A DNA stretch of 63,170 nt, the filler included, from Globobulimina sp. (taxonomy: Eukaryota), in assembly GCA_003354225.1 (NCBI GenBank). It is 29 parts of 29 records of this genome, joined end to end, with 100 filler letters (N's around TTAATTAATTAA, not from the genome) between each part and the next. Parts side by side here need not be neighbours in the genome. Positions count along the whole stretch, not along the records: positions 32,743 to 34,824 come from PIVH01009149.1; positions 34,925 to 37,005 come from PIVH01009150.1; positions 37,106 to 39,186 come from PIVH01009151.1; positions 39,287 to 41,367 come from PIVH01009152.1; positions 41,468 to 43,548 come from PIVH01009153.1; positions 43,649 to 45,729 come from PIVH01009154.1; 23 more parts are not named here. One strand, written 5' to 3'. A program made the position numbers and the translations under genes. The notes beneath the pieces were generated by a model, which was given only the letters and a program-made list of their open reading frames with translations, ran no database searches and was not told the DNA's origin. Shown here piece after piece: positions 33,083-45,829 of the stretch; position 1 is the stretch's first letter; each line of letters starts with the position of its first letter.

Positions 33083-35056
33083 ATATTAAAACGTGCAAAA
33101 AGCAGTGGCAACAAGATAATAAAAGCGTGGTGTAAAAGTGAGTCAACGCGGTGACTCCTTTTTACGCTGTCTCTAGCTCATATTCCAAAAAGCAAAACAA
33201 ATTTCACCATGAATCAACATATAAACTTAACATCGTAGTGTACTTCTTTAATATTTTTATGTTTGTAACAATAAAACCACGTCTCATTCGGTAAAATTAA
33301 ACGTTTCTATACGATAATGCATCTCGTACCGTCGTCACAGTGTAACGTGAGCCAACAGACTTAGGTGCCATGAAGAACTAGTGAAACCACGTTAGTAAGT
33401 TACTAAAAAAGGACTGAGACTTTAAAAATATTGTTAACAACGTTTCTGAAAGTTACTGGTATACAAAAAGGTTATAACACCGTTTGCTTAGTTTTATCTG
33501 GTGGTCTCCTGAACTGACGACAAATTCCAGGTCCGTGGCAAATGCGTCAAATAATCAGGTCCATTCTTGAACAGACCATATAGACCTCCATAAGTTAAAC
33601 CAACACACGGTGTTATTTTTGAAACGTATGACATTCCGATACTTGTTTCCTTATCAGCGCCACCACTACCGCTTATCACCTTCAAATGTTGTTGAGCAGG
33701 GCCACATGACCTTCTGCCTGTTGGTTTAGTGCGTGGCATTGTGTTTTAACTAGTTGGGCAAGGTGCCATGGTGTAGTGTAAAGTGTTACAGTTTAAAATG
33801 TTTGTTTTACGTTAGTTTTACGTGTTTCAACGCTTTGAAAAAAGCACAGCGGAAACGCAGGAGGTTTTACTTCAAAATGTCATAAAATATTTAGTAACGT
33901 TAGTAATAGAATTGATTGATTGTTTATTTATGAAAGAAGTAATATCAGATTCCATTAATATTTGAAATATGTCCAACGGAGGCACAGACAAACCCAACGA
34001 GTGAATATTAAATGGAGGCACAGACAAACCCAGTCTGGTCAATTCAGGCACGTGGCACCACACAATTTCTCAGATGCAATCAATCAACCATTTTTTTATG
34101 TCATCGAGATGATCTGAAACCCGTTCATTCTCAACCGACAATATTCACACAACAATATCATCCACGGTCCATTCTATATTTTTCTTTGGATTCGGTATAG
34201 ACACTTTGGATACAAATGCATTGACATCAGACACGCAAGCAATAAAAGAGTCGCTTACTTCCCTTAGTTTACAGTTTCTTCATTTATTCCTCCACAAATT
34301 CGGCAAACGTTTCGCTCTCAAACTGTCACTCACTTCTTCCTCTCAAATGGATCAGTGTCTTTGGATTCCGGTTCTGAGCAATGTCCTCCTCATCCGTCTC
34401 TAAACCAAAAACTATGTAAACACCACAACATTGACAACAAAAACCAATAAAATATTGCAACACGTACTCTGTGTTTGTTCTCAACGCACCACAGTTATGA
34501 AATTTGCATTGAAAACACCACCTATAAAAGTAGCTGTAAAGGGTTGTTTTTTTAATAAAAACAGTATTGAATATGTGTCCATACGTTGTTTCTTGATGCA
34601 AAAAATGGACACCTCGGCATGCCCAGATCTTGATGCTAGTTTTTGATAATTTGTAAAATAATAAGTAATTTGTGATATTGTTGCATATATGTTTAGTACG
34701 TTGTTTGGTTTTCAACTTTTACTCCTCTTTCTTGCAAACGAGATTGTTTCTGGCTTGTACTGGCACTTCTCTACAAGTATGTGCCTACCTCAGCTTCTGA
34801 AACCAAACGCGACGACGACATGATNNNNNNNNNNNNNNNNNNNNNNNNNNNNNNNNNNNNNNNNNNNNTTAATTAATTAANNNNNNNNNNNNNNNNNNNN
34901 NNNNNNNNNNNNNNNNNNNNNNNNGTGCAGCAAAGAATTTACCATCAATGGTGAAGTAAAATATCGATTTTTTTCGAAAGAAAAAAACAACAACTTTTAT
35001 TAGAATGAAGCTATCATGATGCCATCGTCCACTCGATCGATGTATATTTGAGTCTC

Positions 35057-36504
35057 TCAAGGCATTATATTTTCGAATTTGACTTGTCTAACATTCCCAC
35101 TTTCCAGAGCAAGCAATGTAAACTTACGCTCATATTCTAGCATAGCCAATACTACAACATTATCGTTGGTAGGCCTGCTAAAATGTATCATAAGTTCGCA
35201 GTTACCGGTACCCATTTTCCCATATGGGATCGAAGAAGTGTCGTGACCAGGACTAGTATCGAACGCATATATGGCATATCCGCTGTCATAGTCTAGAAAG
35301 TCTATCGGCCCCACCTGAACATCGCCCAAACCTTGCCCAAGTTCTTTGAACAAACCATAATATGGTTGTGAGTATATTTCTTTCGCGTAATCCATTTTGT
35401 ACCCTCCACCCATAGGTTTATCCGCAGAGTTTACACGAACAACTACATTGTCTACTTTAAAGTTTCGAAATTTCAAACGGTTTCTCGTCAGTTTTCCATT
35501 GTATGCTGCTTCCGAAACCATTGCAATGATAACTCTTTTCGGTAAAACACCATTTGCTATTGTCGCCGGGCCAAAATAACTTAGATTTTTGTCATGAATC
35601 ATGTGAAGCATTTCTCTATGCACATAGGGATAAATCGCCTTAGGCACCGTGCTCTGTTTTGGCCGAATTCTCCCCACTTCGAGATTGGCGTCTATAATTT
35701 CAATAAGATAATCTGGCAACACTGCCGGTGCCCCAGTTTTGTGGTACTTCAAACAGGAATTGGGATCGTGTGGGAAAAAGGACAGCCCGATATCGACTCC
35801 GTCCAGAATTGGTTTGCTGACTTTGAGACAATCGATCAGTAACGGACCCTTCATTTCGACCTCCTTGGACTTTTCTACTCTGTGCGCTCTCCAGTGAGCA
35901 CCGGGGTTTAGCATTGTGATATTTGGGTCTACTAGATCGAACGCGCCTGCTTTGTCTTGATTCCAAAGAGCCATTTCCAACACCGTTTTCTTCATCGAGT
36001 GGGGTGCATTAAGCAAAATTCCAAGATATGCCAAATGTTGGTATTGTTGATGAGTTGTGTACACCGTCACTCCATTGAAGTCAACCATAATATCCTTAAA
36101 AAATCGATTTGAAAATGGTCGAAGCTACAAAGAGTGTAGACATACCTTGAACATAGTGTACAGAAATCCGCAGTAGGGTGCAACTTTTTCTCCGTCCGGT
36201 AATGCGGTTTTGGTGCCATCCGCACCGCGCTTCCATATTTTGAACTTTAGGTACAGTACCAAATGATTTGGGTCGATGTATTCTCCTTTTATCGACTTTA
36301 TCAGGAACCTGAATGGTGTTCCAGAGCCTGATATTGGCATCTTTGTTATGCATGGCAGAGTTTCTACAGTGTAATTTTGAACAAAGTCATCTACACCGTT
36401 TTCTGTGGCGAACTAAAAAATGATACATGAAAGATATTGAAATTATGATGAGTGTAACAAAAATGTACCATATCGTTCGCCACGCTTTTCTTTGTTCTAG
36501 GCAT
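35057..36504 (-). CDS. Major capsid (double jelly-roll) protein, 3 exons, 446 aa
   Basis: Exons 36504-36469, 36412-36146 and 36094-35057, with phase-0 introns of 56 and 51 nt. Motifs YIDPNHLVLYLKFKI, LPKRVIIAMVSEAAYNG, FRNFKVDNVVVRVN and GYAIYAFDTSP. Confidence 0.88.
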
Positions 36505-36646
36505 TTTTGTTAATTCGACGTTTTTTATTTTGTTTAAATTGATGAGTGATTTTTCTTTTTTGTTTAGGCTTAGGTTGGGGAGATTGAGAAGTAAAAGGTT
36601 TTATTCCAAATTTTAATAAATCGTCGCCACGTACAAATACGGCCAT
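36497..36646 (-). CDS. Small basic protein (49 aa), putative core protein
   Basis: MAVFVRGDDLLKFGIKPFTSQSPQPKPKQKRKITHQFKQNKKRRINKNA. Its stop overlaps the MCP start. Below the ORF-track cutoff. Confidence 0.5.
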   Translation of the reverse strand: MAVFVRGDDLLKFGIKPFTSQSPQPKPKQKRKITHQFKQNKKRRINKNA

Positions 36647-36712
36647 AATTGACTTAATACAAGTTGAGCAGGTTTATATACAAATGTGCATCATATATCA
36701 TCTCCCTTTTCA

Positions 36713-37005
36713 TCATGATTCATCATCAGCTTTCACAAAATGAAGCACCACAAACAAGTAACCATCTTTCATTTGTAATGGCTGATTGACACTGTTTGTC
36801 AAGCATACTTCCACTTTGCCCGATACATCTCCTCCAAGCCATTTGTGGTATGTGGGGTTCGATTTGTGGAATTCGATCGAATCCCCTGCTTCGTACAGCT
36901 TTGTATCTTCAGTGATCTCTGTCAGAGCTCTTACAATGGTGTTGTTGGCTAGAATGCCTTGAATGTTTTGGGAGATTAGATACAATATGTTATAATAAGA
37001 ATTGT
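36713..37005 (-). CDS. Minor capsid (penton-like) protein, C-terminal fragment
   Basis: NPTYHK...VEVCLTNSVNQPL...VVLHF matches the Polinton penton C-terminal pattern. Confidence 0.7.
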
Positions 37006-37520
37006 NNNNNNNNNNNNNNNNNNNNNNNNNNNNNNNNNNNNNNNNNNNNTTAATTAATTAANNNNNNNNNNNNNNNNNNNNNNNNNNNNNNNNNNNNNNN
37101 NNNNNATATCCTTCTTAAAACACTTTCAAATCCTATTGACTTGTTTTCTTCTAACGCATCAAATGCCCATTCAAAGCTATTTAATGGGTTTCCTGTATTA
37201 TATATTGTAGTTGATATCCAAATTATTGGAACCAGAGAAGAAATTATCAGTGCAATCAAAAATTATATCATTACCAGAACCAATTATAATCGACAAAAAT
37301 CTGAATCGAAAACAGTTGATAAATTTGAAAAAGAAAGGTACGGCTATATTTCGTGTAAAATGTTTCTTTGAATGTGTCGTGTCTCATTCAATTTGGTTCT
37401 ATAAAAATGAGACATACAGCATTGTGCAATAAAATCATATAATATTCACATTCAGAGAGTATAAAAAAAAATGAATTCGCAATTTATTTAGGTGTATATA
37501 TATATATATAAAATATATAG

Positions 37521-38727
37521 TTTGTATGGAAGTTTATTATCAAAGTTAGAAAAAAGAGAAAAAGAAAATCGTTTGCTTCTTGCAAATAAAGCACCAGATA
37601 TATTTTCAGAGAAAGCAATCGATTTTGGCTCTGGTGACACATTATCGATGGGCACTGATTATGCGCTGCGCTGTAAACGTTTAGAGGAATTAAATAAAAT
37701 TAAAAATGAATCAAATGTATTTTCGCATGGGATGACTCGAGCGATGATATCATCAAAATCAGCATATCCAAATAACTTAGCATTCATAGTCGAGAATGAA
37801 ATTGCTAACAATCATGGAACGAAACGAGCATTAATATTTAAATCCGGTTTCAATGCAAATTTATCGTTTATTGGATGTATCGCAGATTCAAATGATTTTA
37901 TTGTTTACGATGAACAATCGCATCGATCTATGATGACCGGGATGCAATTAAGTCGCGCCAAAAAATGTATACCTTTTAAACATAATGATATTGAGGATTT
38001 AGTGTCTATTTTAACTAAAATTCGGAACCATAGTAATCAAAGTGGTAATATTATTATTTGCGTTGAAAGTATCTATTCTATGCGTGGTGACATTGCGCCA
38101 TTAAAAGAGATCATTTCTGAATGCTGTGAGAAATATAATGCATTTTTATATGTGGATGAGGCACATTCATTTGGTATGTATGGCAAAAATGGATTGGGTT
38201 TAATGTCTCAATATAATTTATGTCAACATCCCAAAGTGTGTGGTTTTTTAGTAACATATTCAAAAGCTTTGGCATGTACAGGTGCTGCGATATTATGTAA
38301 TAGCAATGTTTTATGTGATTACTTAAATCAATATTCCATTGCTACAATTTTTTCGCATTTCTTATCAAATTCAGGTTTATTAGCTATTAAATATGGATAT
38401 GAATTTCTAACAACAACCCAATACGGAAAACGCAGAGAATATTTATTTGAATTGAAAGAGTATTTGATTGAGTCATGTAATAAAGTGTTACCTGCAAATA
38501 TGTGCAAATATTTATCATCATCACATATCCAACCAATTGTAATCGGTGATGATAAAATATGCCAACAAATCATAAAACATTTATGGGATATTAATATGTT
38601 TATTGTTGGTGTACATTACCCCGTGGTGCCAAAACATTTTTCGATGATTCGTGTGTGGTTACATGCTCATAATACAAAAAAAGAGATTGATCAATTATTA
38701 AATATAATTCATAAATATATCAAATGA
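37521..38727 (+). CDS. bioF: 8-amino-7-oxononanoate synthase-like class II PLP aminotransferase (last exon)
   Basis: FKSGFNAN, DEQSHRS, FKHND, VESIYSMRGD, VDEAHSFG, TYSKA and YPVVP. Upstream exon(s) are likely. Confidence 0.8.
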
Positions 38728-39483
38728 CTTGTGTCTGTTTTGTATATTAAATATGTTGACATTGAATTGAAAACATTTCGTTTTTAAAACAACGCAACAT
38801 CTAAACGGTAGTGCTATGATACGTATAGCGATAGTTACCGGTAACTTTGTATACATATTTACCGGTAGTGCTAGGATAATGTATGTAACTTTGTATACAA
38901 AAAGGTGCAAAAAAAGGTTTTGGATTTAATAATTACATAAAGTGATAAGAATGTGTTTGGATTATTAATTACATACTTTACAGTTTGAAGAAAGGAAAAT
39001 CACAACACACTGAACACAAAGTTACACAGTCAAATTAACCAACCTAAAATAAATCTTTGGCATTTACCTGACTCTGAACTAGTCAGAGTTCACATGAGCT
39101 GACATGATTTCGAGTGCGGTGATTGAGTGAACTTTTTGTAAAGGGGTTTTATCACTAAATATTTATTTCTATCGAGTCTACATCGANNNNNNNNNNNNNN
39201 NNNNNNNNNNNNNNNNNNNNNNNNNNNNNNTTAATTAATTAANNNNNNNNNNNNNNNNNNNNNNNNNNNNNNNNNNNNNNNNNNNNATATGAATGCTTTC
39301 TTAAATACCTTCAAGAAAGCTAAAAAATTGTCGTTTGTAAGTTAATAACACTGATTTTAAGATTTTCACGAAGTGAGCTAGTCATCGAAAATAAAGCTTT
39401 TAAGCGGAAACGAGCCAGAGTGAAATATCCAAACATCAAAATAATATAAATTTAAATTAAAAACAAAAAAATAAGCAGTTGTT

Positions 39484-40660
39484 TTAAAATATCAAAGAAA
39501 AGAAAGACATTACAATTAATAGTTGATAACTCGTTATCATGTTTGGTGAAGCGGAATCTTTATTATCTGTTTTGTGAGAGCCAGCATTTGTTGTTGTTGT
39601 TTTATTTCCAGAACCTCCAGTTACCGCTGTTTTATTTCCAGAAACTTCAGTTACTGTTGCTGTAGATGTATCATCTTCAGTTATTGTATCTTCCTCTGTG
39701 TCGGCAACAGTATCAAGAGCACTTGGCGTTGGTGTTGGTGTTTGTGTTGGTATCTGTGTTTGTGTTGGTGTTTCAGTTGGTGTTTCAGTTGTTGTTGTTG
39801 TATCAGTTGGTGTTTGTGTTGGTGTCTCAGTTGTTGTTGTTGGTGTTGTTGGTGTTTTAGTCGCACCAATTTCTATACCGCATAATTGAGGGCATATAGG
39901 ATGAGGTGGATTATGGTAACAATTATTATCACACCAACATGGATCCACTGCAGCAGAGGCATCAACTTGAAAGTCATCTGGATTTAATATTTTCTGCGCC
40001 ACACTACCATCATAATCATTACATATTACATGTTGTGTACCTGAACAGTCCGTATTATTGTAGCCGAGAACTGAATCACATAGATCACCACACGAAGGAT
40101 GCGGTGGATTATGATTACAATTACCAATGCACCACGAATCTGAAATATTGTAAGTACGGTATAACTCAACACATTGTTGCTCAGCATTGTTATCATTGGC
40201 TGGTTTCCCTTCCAACCAACGCGGATCGTCACTGCATAAACTTGTGTTACTTGCAACATAGTCACATGAGGTTTGGTCAACCCATTCGAATTTATTATCT
40301 TTACCGCATAATTCATGTAAACCAATCCATGCAGAATTCCCTCCCGCTTTGCCAGAAATTAAACTTGCTGCGTCATTAATTTGTTGGTCACTTACTATGC
40401 TTGCAAGTGATGTGCCATACTGTTTACACACTGCTAAACCCTGATTCCATGTGTATTTTTGCAGTGTGATAGCATAACCAGGAGCAGCCACATTCGATGC
40501 ACTGTATTAAGTAATAGTTTTATTTAATTTAATTTATTTTGTAGAAATGAACAAAGATAACATACGTTTGCGATGAAGTTAACTGTCTTTGATGTGCGCT
40601 ATCACCGATTGCAACACTTGAACATAAGATAATGCATAATATTGTGATCTGGGTTTTCAT
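39484..40660 (-). CDS. C-type lectin with Thr/Pro stalk and GPI-type C-terminus
   Basis: Signal-peptide exon from 40660, short intron, CTLD (TWNQG..C, LASI, AWIGL, FEWVD), TPT repeats and hydrophobic tail. Confidence 0.85.
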
Positions 40661-40671
40661 ACTGGAGAGAT

Positions 40672-40872
40672 GTTATGAATAGATGCTAAATGCCAATGAA
40701 TAGATACTTTGTAGTTTGTATATAAGATGCTTGGAATCAGAATAGATGTTAGATACTATAAATAGGTACTTTGTATAAGATATATACTATGAATAGATGT
40801 TAGATACTATGAATAGATAGTTTGTATAAGATGTTATTAATAGAAACAGTTATATAGTTGCTATGAATAGAT
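40672..40872. repeat. Degenerate tandem repeat (TATGAATAGATGTTAGATAC-like)
   Basis: About seven ATGAATAGAT-containing units upstream of the lectin gene. Confidence 0.6.
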
Positions 40873-41467
40873 ATTTTATTGAAGCCGGAAATAATGCAGC
40901 TGTATAAAAAAAATTGATTCTCATGATATGATATCTTATATTTTGTCATTCCATTTGTGGCAGTAATTTATATAAATATATCGGTTGCCAAAATATCATG
41001 AGCACGGAGCACCTCTTCGAATCGAATAACACCGTTTTTACTGAAGTAGCAATGTAATGGTAGATATTAGCACAGGAATGAAGATAACTACTGCATATGC
41101 AAGTTGTTATCTTCTTTTGTTGTTGGTATTGAGTATCCACATTTACGTATCGCAAAAAGAAAGCAACAAATTATCATTAAAACAATTTTTATCTGCGCTG
41201 TGGGAAAAGAGGGGTTTTTATTCACCGATAGTTATTCATATTTATGACACTGCCACAGGTTTACCTTACAAGCAAACATTAATTATATTCCACTATTTTC
41301 AATTTGTACAGATATTGGTGTCTTATATGAATGGCATAAGTTAGCTGAATATGAAAAGAAAGTGGCTNNNNNNNNNNNNNNNNNNNNNNNNNNNNNNNNN
41401 NNNNNNNNNNNTTAATTAATTAANNNNNNNNNNNNNNNNNNNNNNNNNNNNNNNNNNNNNNNNNNNN

Positions 41468-42022
41468 CTCATCAATATTTACCTTCTCATTCTCTGTCAT
41501 ATCATCATCGATATTTTCAATATGTTGTTTAGTTATTTTAACAATATCCATATCAATATTCGTATCGTCATTGTCATTCGTATTAATATTCTTATTGTCA
41601 TTCTCATTCATACCTTCATCATTGGCTTCATTTTTTGTTCGTTTGTTTGTTTCTTTTTGTAATTCACCAAATAAAAGTTTATAGTTCTCTTTATCTTGAT
41701 ATTCATTTCGTGGTTGGATATATTTTATTAAAAAATGCAATGCAATAAGAACTGTTGGCGGTAAAGCAATATCTTGATGTGCAAATACAATATAGCGATC
41801 CCTGAGATATTTAAGGGTTGCGGATTTATGTTTTGTTTGATAAATCTTAAGGTATTTATGCGCTGCATCTTCTGCGTGTACTTCTAAACTGGAAACGTTT
41901 ACATAATCTTTACTATTATATTTACACATTCGTATGTATTTGTTTTTATCGTTTTTCCATTGTTCCTCTTTCCATTCTACCTTAACCTCTTTCCATTCTA
42001 CCTTAACAAGTTGTTCAGACAT
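41468..42022 (-). CDS. Hypothetical protein, 3'-truncated
   Basis: Open frame from ATG 42022, with a duplicated VKVEWKE and an Asn/Asp-rich tail. Confidence 0.5.
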
Positions 42023-42235
42023 TATGCCAAAAAATACGTTTTCCAAGAACTTCAAAAGGTTTTCTACTCTTCAAAAATAAGAAGTTTCTAACAGCACGGA
42101 ATATGAGCAAGTAGAATCTTCGGATTTTTTAGCTGTTCAGAGTTTCGATTTTTGTTTTGTTTCATAACAATTATGTTTGATACTATCGATTAAAAAAACA
42201 AATGAAAGTCAACATTGACAAAGTTTAAAGTTATG

Positions 42236-43548
42236 TCACTCATATATTACTCTCTTAAGATCTTTTGCAGCCATCATTAGTTGTGTCTTGTTTTTATATC
42301 GAGATGTTACGACTGATTGGTTTTGTAGTTTGTAATACAAATAATGTAATATAATATTGCAATTGCTCATCCAATAATAAAGAAGATTAATTTCGCGTTG
42401 ATCATCCATTCTCATTTGAGTCCTCAACATTGATCCTATCCCTTTCAATGTATTATTGCTTGCGACACATTTCTGCGAATCTTGTGACTCAATAAACGTA
42501 TTCCACGCATCCTCAATGTTGACACCAATAATATTTCCAAATAAATCATATTCATTTAATATCTCCACATCAATTTTAAACGTAAATGCTTCACATTGCT
42601 GATAATCATCTCTCTTAAATGAAGTTATTAATATTTTGCTATGAATGCCTGTAAATTCATCATAGCCCAACTTGCCCACACTGGAAAAGCTCATCTCTGC
42701 CTCAATAATATGCAACGTCCATTTCACCTGTATAGCATCCACATATTTGCCGACTTGTTTGTCATTTGGCAATCCGCATAGTTGCAGTACGCATTCAGAT
42801 GTCGAAGGCACATAAAACGCGCAAAATATTTCCCCGATTATCGGGCTAAATATACGCGTGAATGACTCGTGTTTACTGATTTTCCACTCGAATGTGTAAT
42901 GCTTTCTGTAGTGGTTTAAATGTGACTGATATTTTAAGACATTGTTCTGGCTCACAATGCGTAATATTTTCATGTTTAATGTGAAGGTTAAAGTCCGCGG
43001 ATTTAAATTCTTGATATCCATTAAAGAGATGGTATCCATTGGCCATCCCCAATATTCATAGGCTTTGTATTTTTGAATGTAGCGGCATTTGACATTATTT
43101 TCTTCGATTTGCATGGTTTGACAGATTAAGATATGTGTCCACGAGGGCGGCATTGACAATATCTCGACGTATAAATTGAACTGACCCGCCGGACTGCTTA
43201 CGTATGTGTTGCCGTTGGGACATAACTTCATAATCCATGGCAGTTTAGCGATTTCAAAGACATCTGATGTGAATGTTTGGTCTGGCTGAGAAGTTAATAT
43301 GTTTTGAATTAATTGCTGGTCTTTAATTCTCCATTGAAATGATCCTCGATACATCATAAAAAAATCATCAACATAACCTAAAGTGAGAGAAAATATCTCG
43401 ATGGGGATGTGACGCAATAAAGAAGAGGTGAGGGATTTTTCTGCACTCCGTATATATCCGCCAATAATCAATCTAGTTTTGTCATCAATGTAATCCAGTT
43501 TCCTCTCAACTGAACCAGACATGCTGTGGTGAAAACCTTTCAAGTAAA
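42236..43548 (-). CDS. MATH/TRAF-domain protein
   Basis: FQWRI...FTSDVFEI...WIMKLCPNG...FNLYV...WGW and a second degenerate MATH repeat. Confidence 0.75.
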
Positions 43549-43648
43549 NNNNNNNNNNNNNNNNNNNNNNNNNNNNNNNNNNNNNNNNNNNNTTAATTAA
43601 TTAANNNNNNNNNNNNNNNNNNNNNNNNNNNNNNNNNNNNNNNNNNNN

Positions 43649-45286
43649 CAATTATTTGGCGATTTAGAGACAAAATATATATTATCGGGGCCAAAGACCG
43701 TGTATCGGCGTAAACAAATTGATGTAAAGCCAGTCAACAAAACGAACATTATCTTAAAAACCTTATCGCGTTTATATCACGAGAATATCCGGCAAGTGGA
43801 GCAAGCTTTTGCTTTCCCAGAGTTCCATACTCCATTACTCGATGAGGTGGACTTCTTGGCCAAGCCAATGGTGTTATTAGTGGGGCAATACAGTGTGGGT
43901 AAGACCTCCTTTATCCGTTATTTGGTTGGACGAGATTTTCCAGGCATCCGTGTAGGCCCTGAACCGACCACTGACTCCTTTTTTGCTGTCATGCATGGCT
44001 CAGAAGAACGCTTAATCCCTGGACATACCGTCCCGATGGATCGTAGCAAACCATTTCGTACCTTACAGAAATTTGGTGCAGGCTTTTTAAATAAATTTAG
44101 TTGCGCCGAAGTGCCTGCGCCCATATTGGAGAGTATCACCTTCATTGACACTCCGGGCATATTATCGGGGCAGAAACAGCGTTTAGGGCGAAATTACGAC
44201 TTTGCCAAAGTGGTGGAATGGATGGCGTATCGATCGGACCGCATATTATTGCTGTTTGACGCGCATAAATTAGACATTAGTGACGAGTTCAAATCGTCGA
44301 TTGAAATGTTGAAAGGCCACGATGATAAGATTCGGTGCATATTAAATAAGGCGGACGCCGTCTCCAATCAGCAGTTGTTGCGCGTGTATGGCGCATTGAT
44401 GTGGTCCTTAGGCAAAGTATTCAAGACACCCGAAGTGTTGCGCGTATTTGTTGGCTCTTTTTGGGACGAAGACTATCAAAATGAACATAATGCAGAGTTA
44501 TTCGACTCGGAAGCAACTGATTTAATCTCTGATTTGCGTGGTTTGCCGCGTCACTGTGCCACGCGCAAAATCAATGAATTTGTGAAAAGAACGCGTCAAA
44601 TGAAAGTGCATGCGCTCATCATCGAACATTTAAGAAAACAATTTTCTTGGTTTGGCAATAAAGATAAGAAACAAATGAAATTATTGAATAGTTTGCGCAA
44701 AGAATTTAAAGACATCGCAAAAACAGAGAATTTAAATTTAAATGATTTCCCAAACCCGGAGAAATTTAAAGGTTTAGTACAAAAACACGATATCTCTAAA
44801 TTTCCAAAATTTAAAGAGAAATGGAGACAGCAATTTGATCGGGTTTTGACTGTGGAAATCCCCAAATTAATGAAAGAATTACCGGGAACCACTAACAATT
44901 CGGAAGAAAAATCAAGTCATGTCACAGCTAATCCGTTTGCAAACGACGCAGCAAAGGGCGCAAACATTGACCCCACCAAAAAATGGGCAGTGACTGGTAC
45001 ACAGAAAGCCAAATTTGACACAAAATTTTATGAATTATCATTAAGTGCCGGTAAGGCCTCTGGCCAGCAAGTGATGAGTATCATGTTACAATCGCAATTA
45101 TCAAAAGATGTATTAAGGAAAATATGGGATTTATCGGACATTGATCTAGACGGAAAAATGGATAATGAAGAATTTGCACTTTGTATGTATTTAATTGATA
45201 TGACAAAAGAAGGGGTTAAATTACCGCCAACTTTACCAATTGCCCTCGTTCCGCCTGGCAAAAGAAACTTAGTTGAATTTGAATAA
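43649..45286 (+). CDS. EHD: EH-domain-containing dynamin-like ATPase (EHD/RME-1), 5'-truncated
   Basis: GQYSVGKT, GPEPTTD, DTPGILSG, LNKAD, VYGALMWSLGKV and a C-terminal EH domain. Confidence 0.95.
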   Translation, partial: QLFGDLETKYILSGPKTVYRRKQIDVKPVNKTNIILKTLSRLYHENIRQVEQAFAFPEFHTPLLDEVDFLAKPMVLLVGQYSVGKTSFIRYLVGRDFPGIRVGPEPTTDSFFAVMHGSEERLIPGHTVPMDRSKPFRTLQKFGAGFLNKFSCAEVPAPILESITFIDTPGILSGQKQRLGRNYDFAKVVEWMAYRSDRILLLFDAHKLDISDEFKSSIEMLKGHDDKIRCILNKADAVSNQQLLRVYGALMWSLGKVFKTPEVLRVFVGSFWDEDYQNEHNAELFDSEATDLISDLRGLPRHCATRKINEFVKRTRQMKVHALIIEHLRKQFSWFGNKDKKQMKLLNSLRKEFKDIAKTENLNLNDFPNPEKFKGLVQKHDISKFPKFKEKWRQQFDRVLTVEIPKLMKELPGTTNNSEEKSSHVTANPFANDAAKGANIDPTKKWAVTGTQKAKFDTKFYELSLSAGKASGQQVMSIMLQSQLSKDVLRKIWDLSDIDLDGKMDNEEFALCMYLIDMTKEGVKLPPTLPIALVPPGKRNLVEFE

Positions 45287-45829
45287 AACAAATATGTAAT
45301 TTTATTTTTCTTTTTTTTTCCTTTTTGCTGCTTTCTTTCTTTTTTCACAAATAAAACGTTTTTAATAAGTTTATATGCTATTTTATTCCAAATTCGTCAC
45401 TGGGTTTTCATTGGTGACAGACAAAATGACTTTCGAGTACGTAGTGATCATACCTTTAGTTTCAACCTTACTTACTTCATCTAATCCTCTCATTAAAACT
45501 AGTACTCCTTCTCTCAACATATTGCACATTATAAAACATAACAAGTGTACACAAAATGGCTGGAATACAATTTTAAATTTACTTTATACTCAAGCTGTCC
45601 TTATATATATTGGCATTTTTAATTTATACTCAAGCTGTCCTTTGATTAATTTATGGGATATAATAGTTGCGTATCTAAACTTTGCATATGTTGATCGCAA
45701 ACTTAAAGCGGTGTCTAGATGACAGCCATNNNNNNNNNNNNNNNNNNNNNNNNNNNNNNNNNNNNNNNNNNNNTTAATTAATTAANNNNNNNNNNNNNNN
45801 NNNNNNNNNNNNNNNNNNNNNNNNNNNNN

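Larger units (their letters stand above)
34925..37005 (-). mobile_element. Polinton/Maverick/adintovirus-like element fragment B
   Basis: Penton C-terminus, small basic ORF and major capsid, in the same order as fragment A. Confidence 0.85.

Noticed and set aside
32691-33146. Gly/Trp/Val-rich ORFs
   Set aside because: Translations of a stop-poor minisatellite in several frames.
33970-34824. Decayed transposase or gene in contig 16
   Set aside because: Only short ORFs and a 19-bp direct repeat. No recognisable motif.
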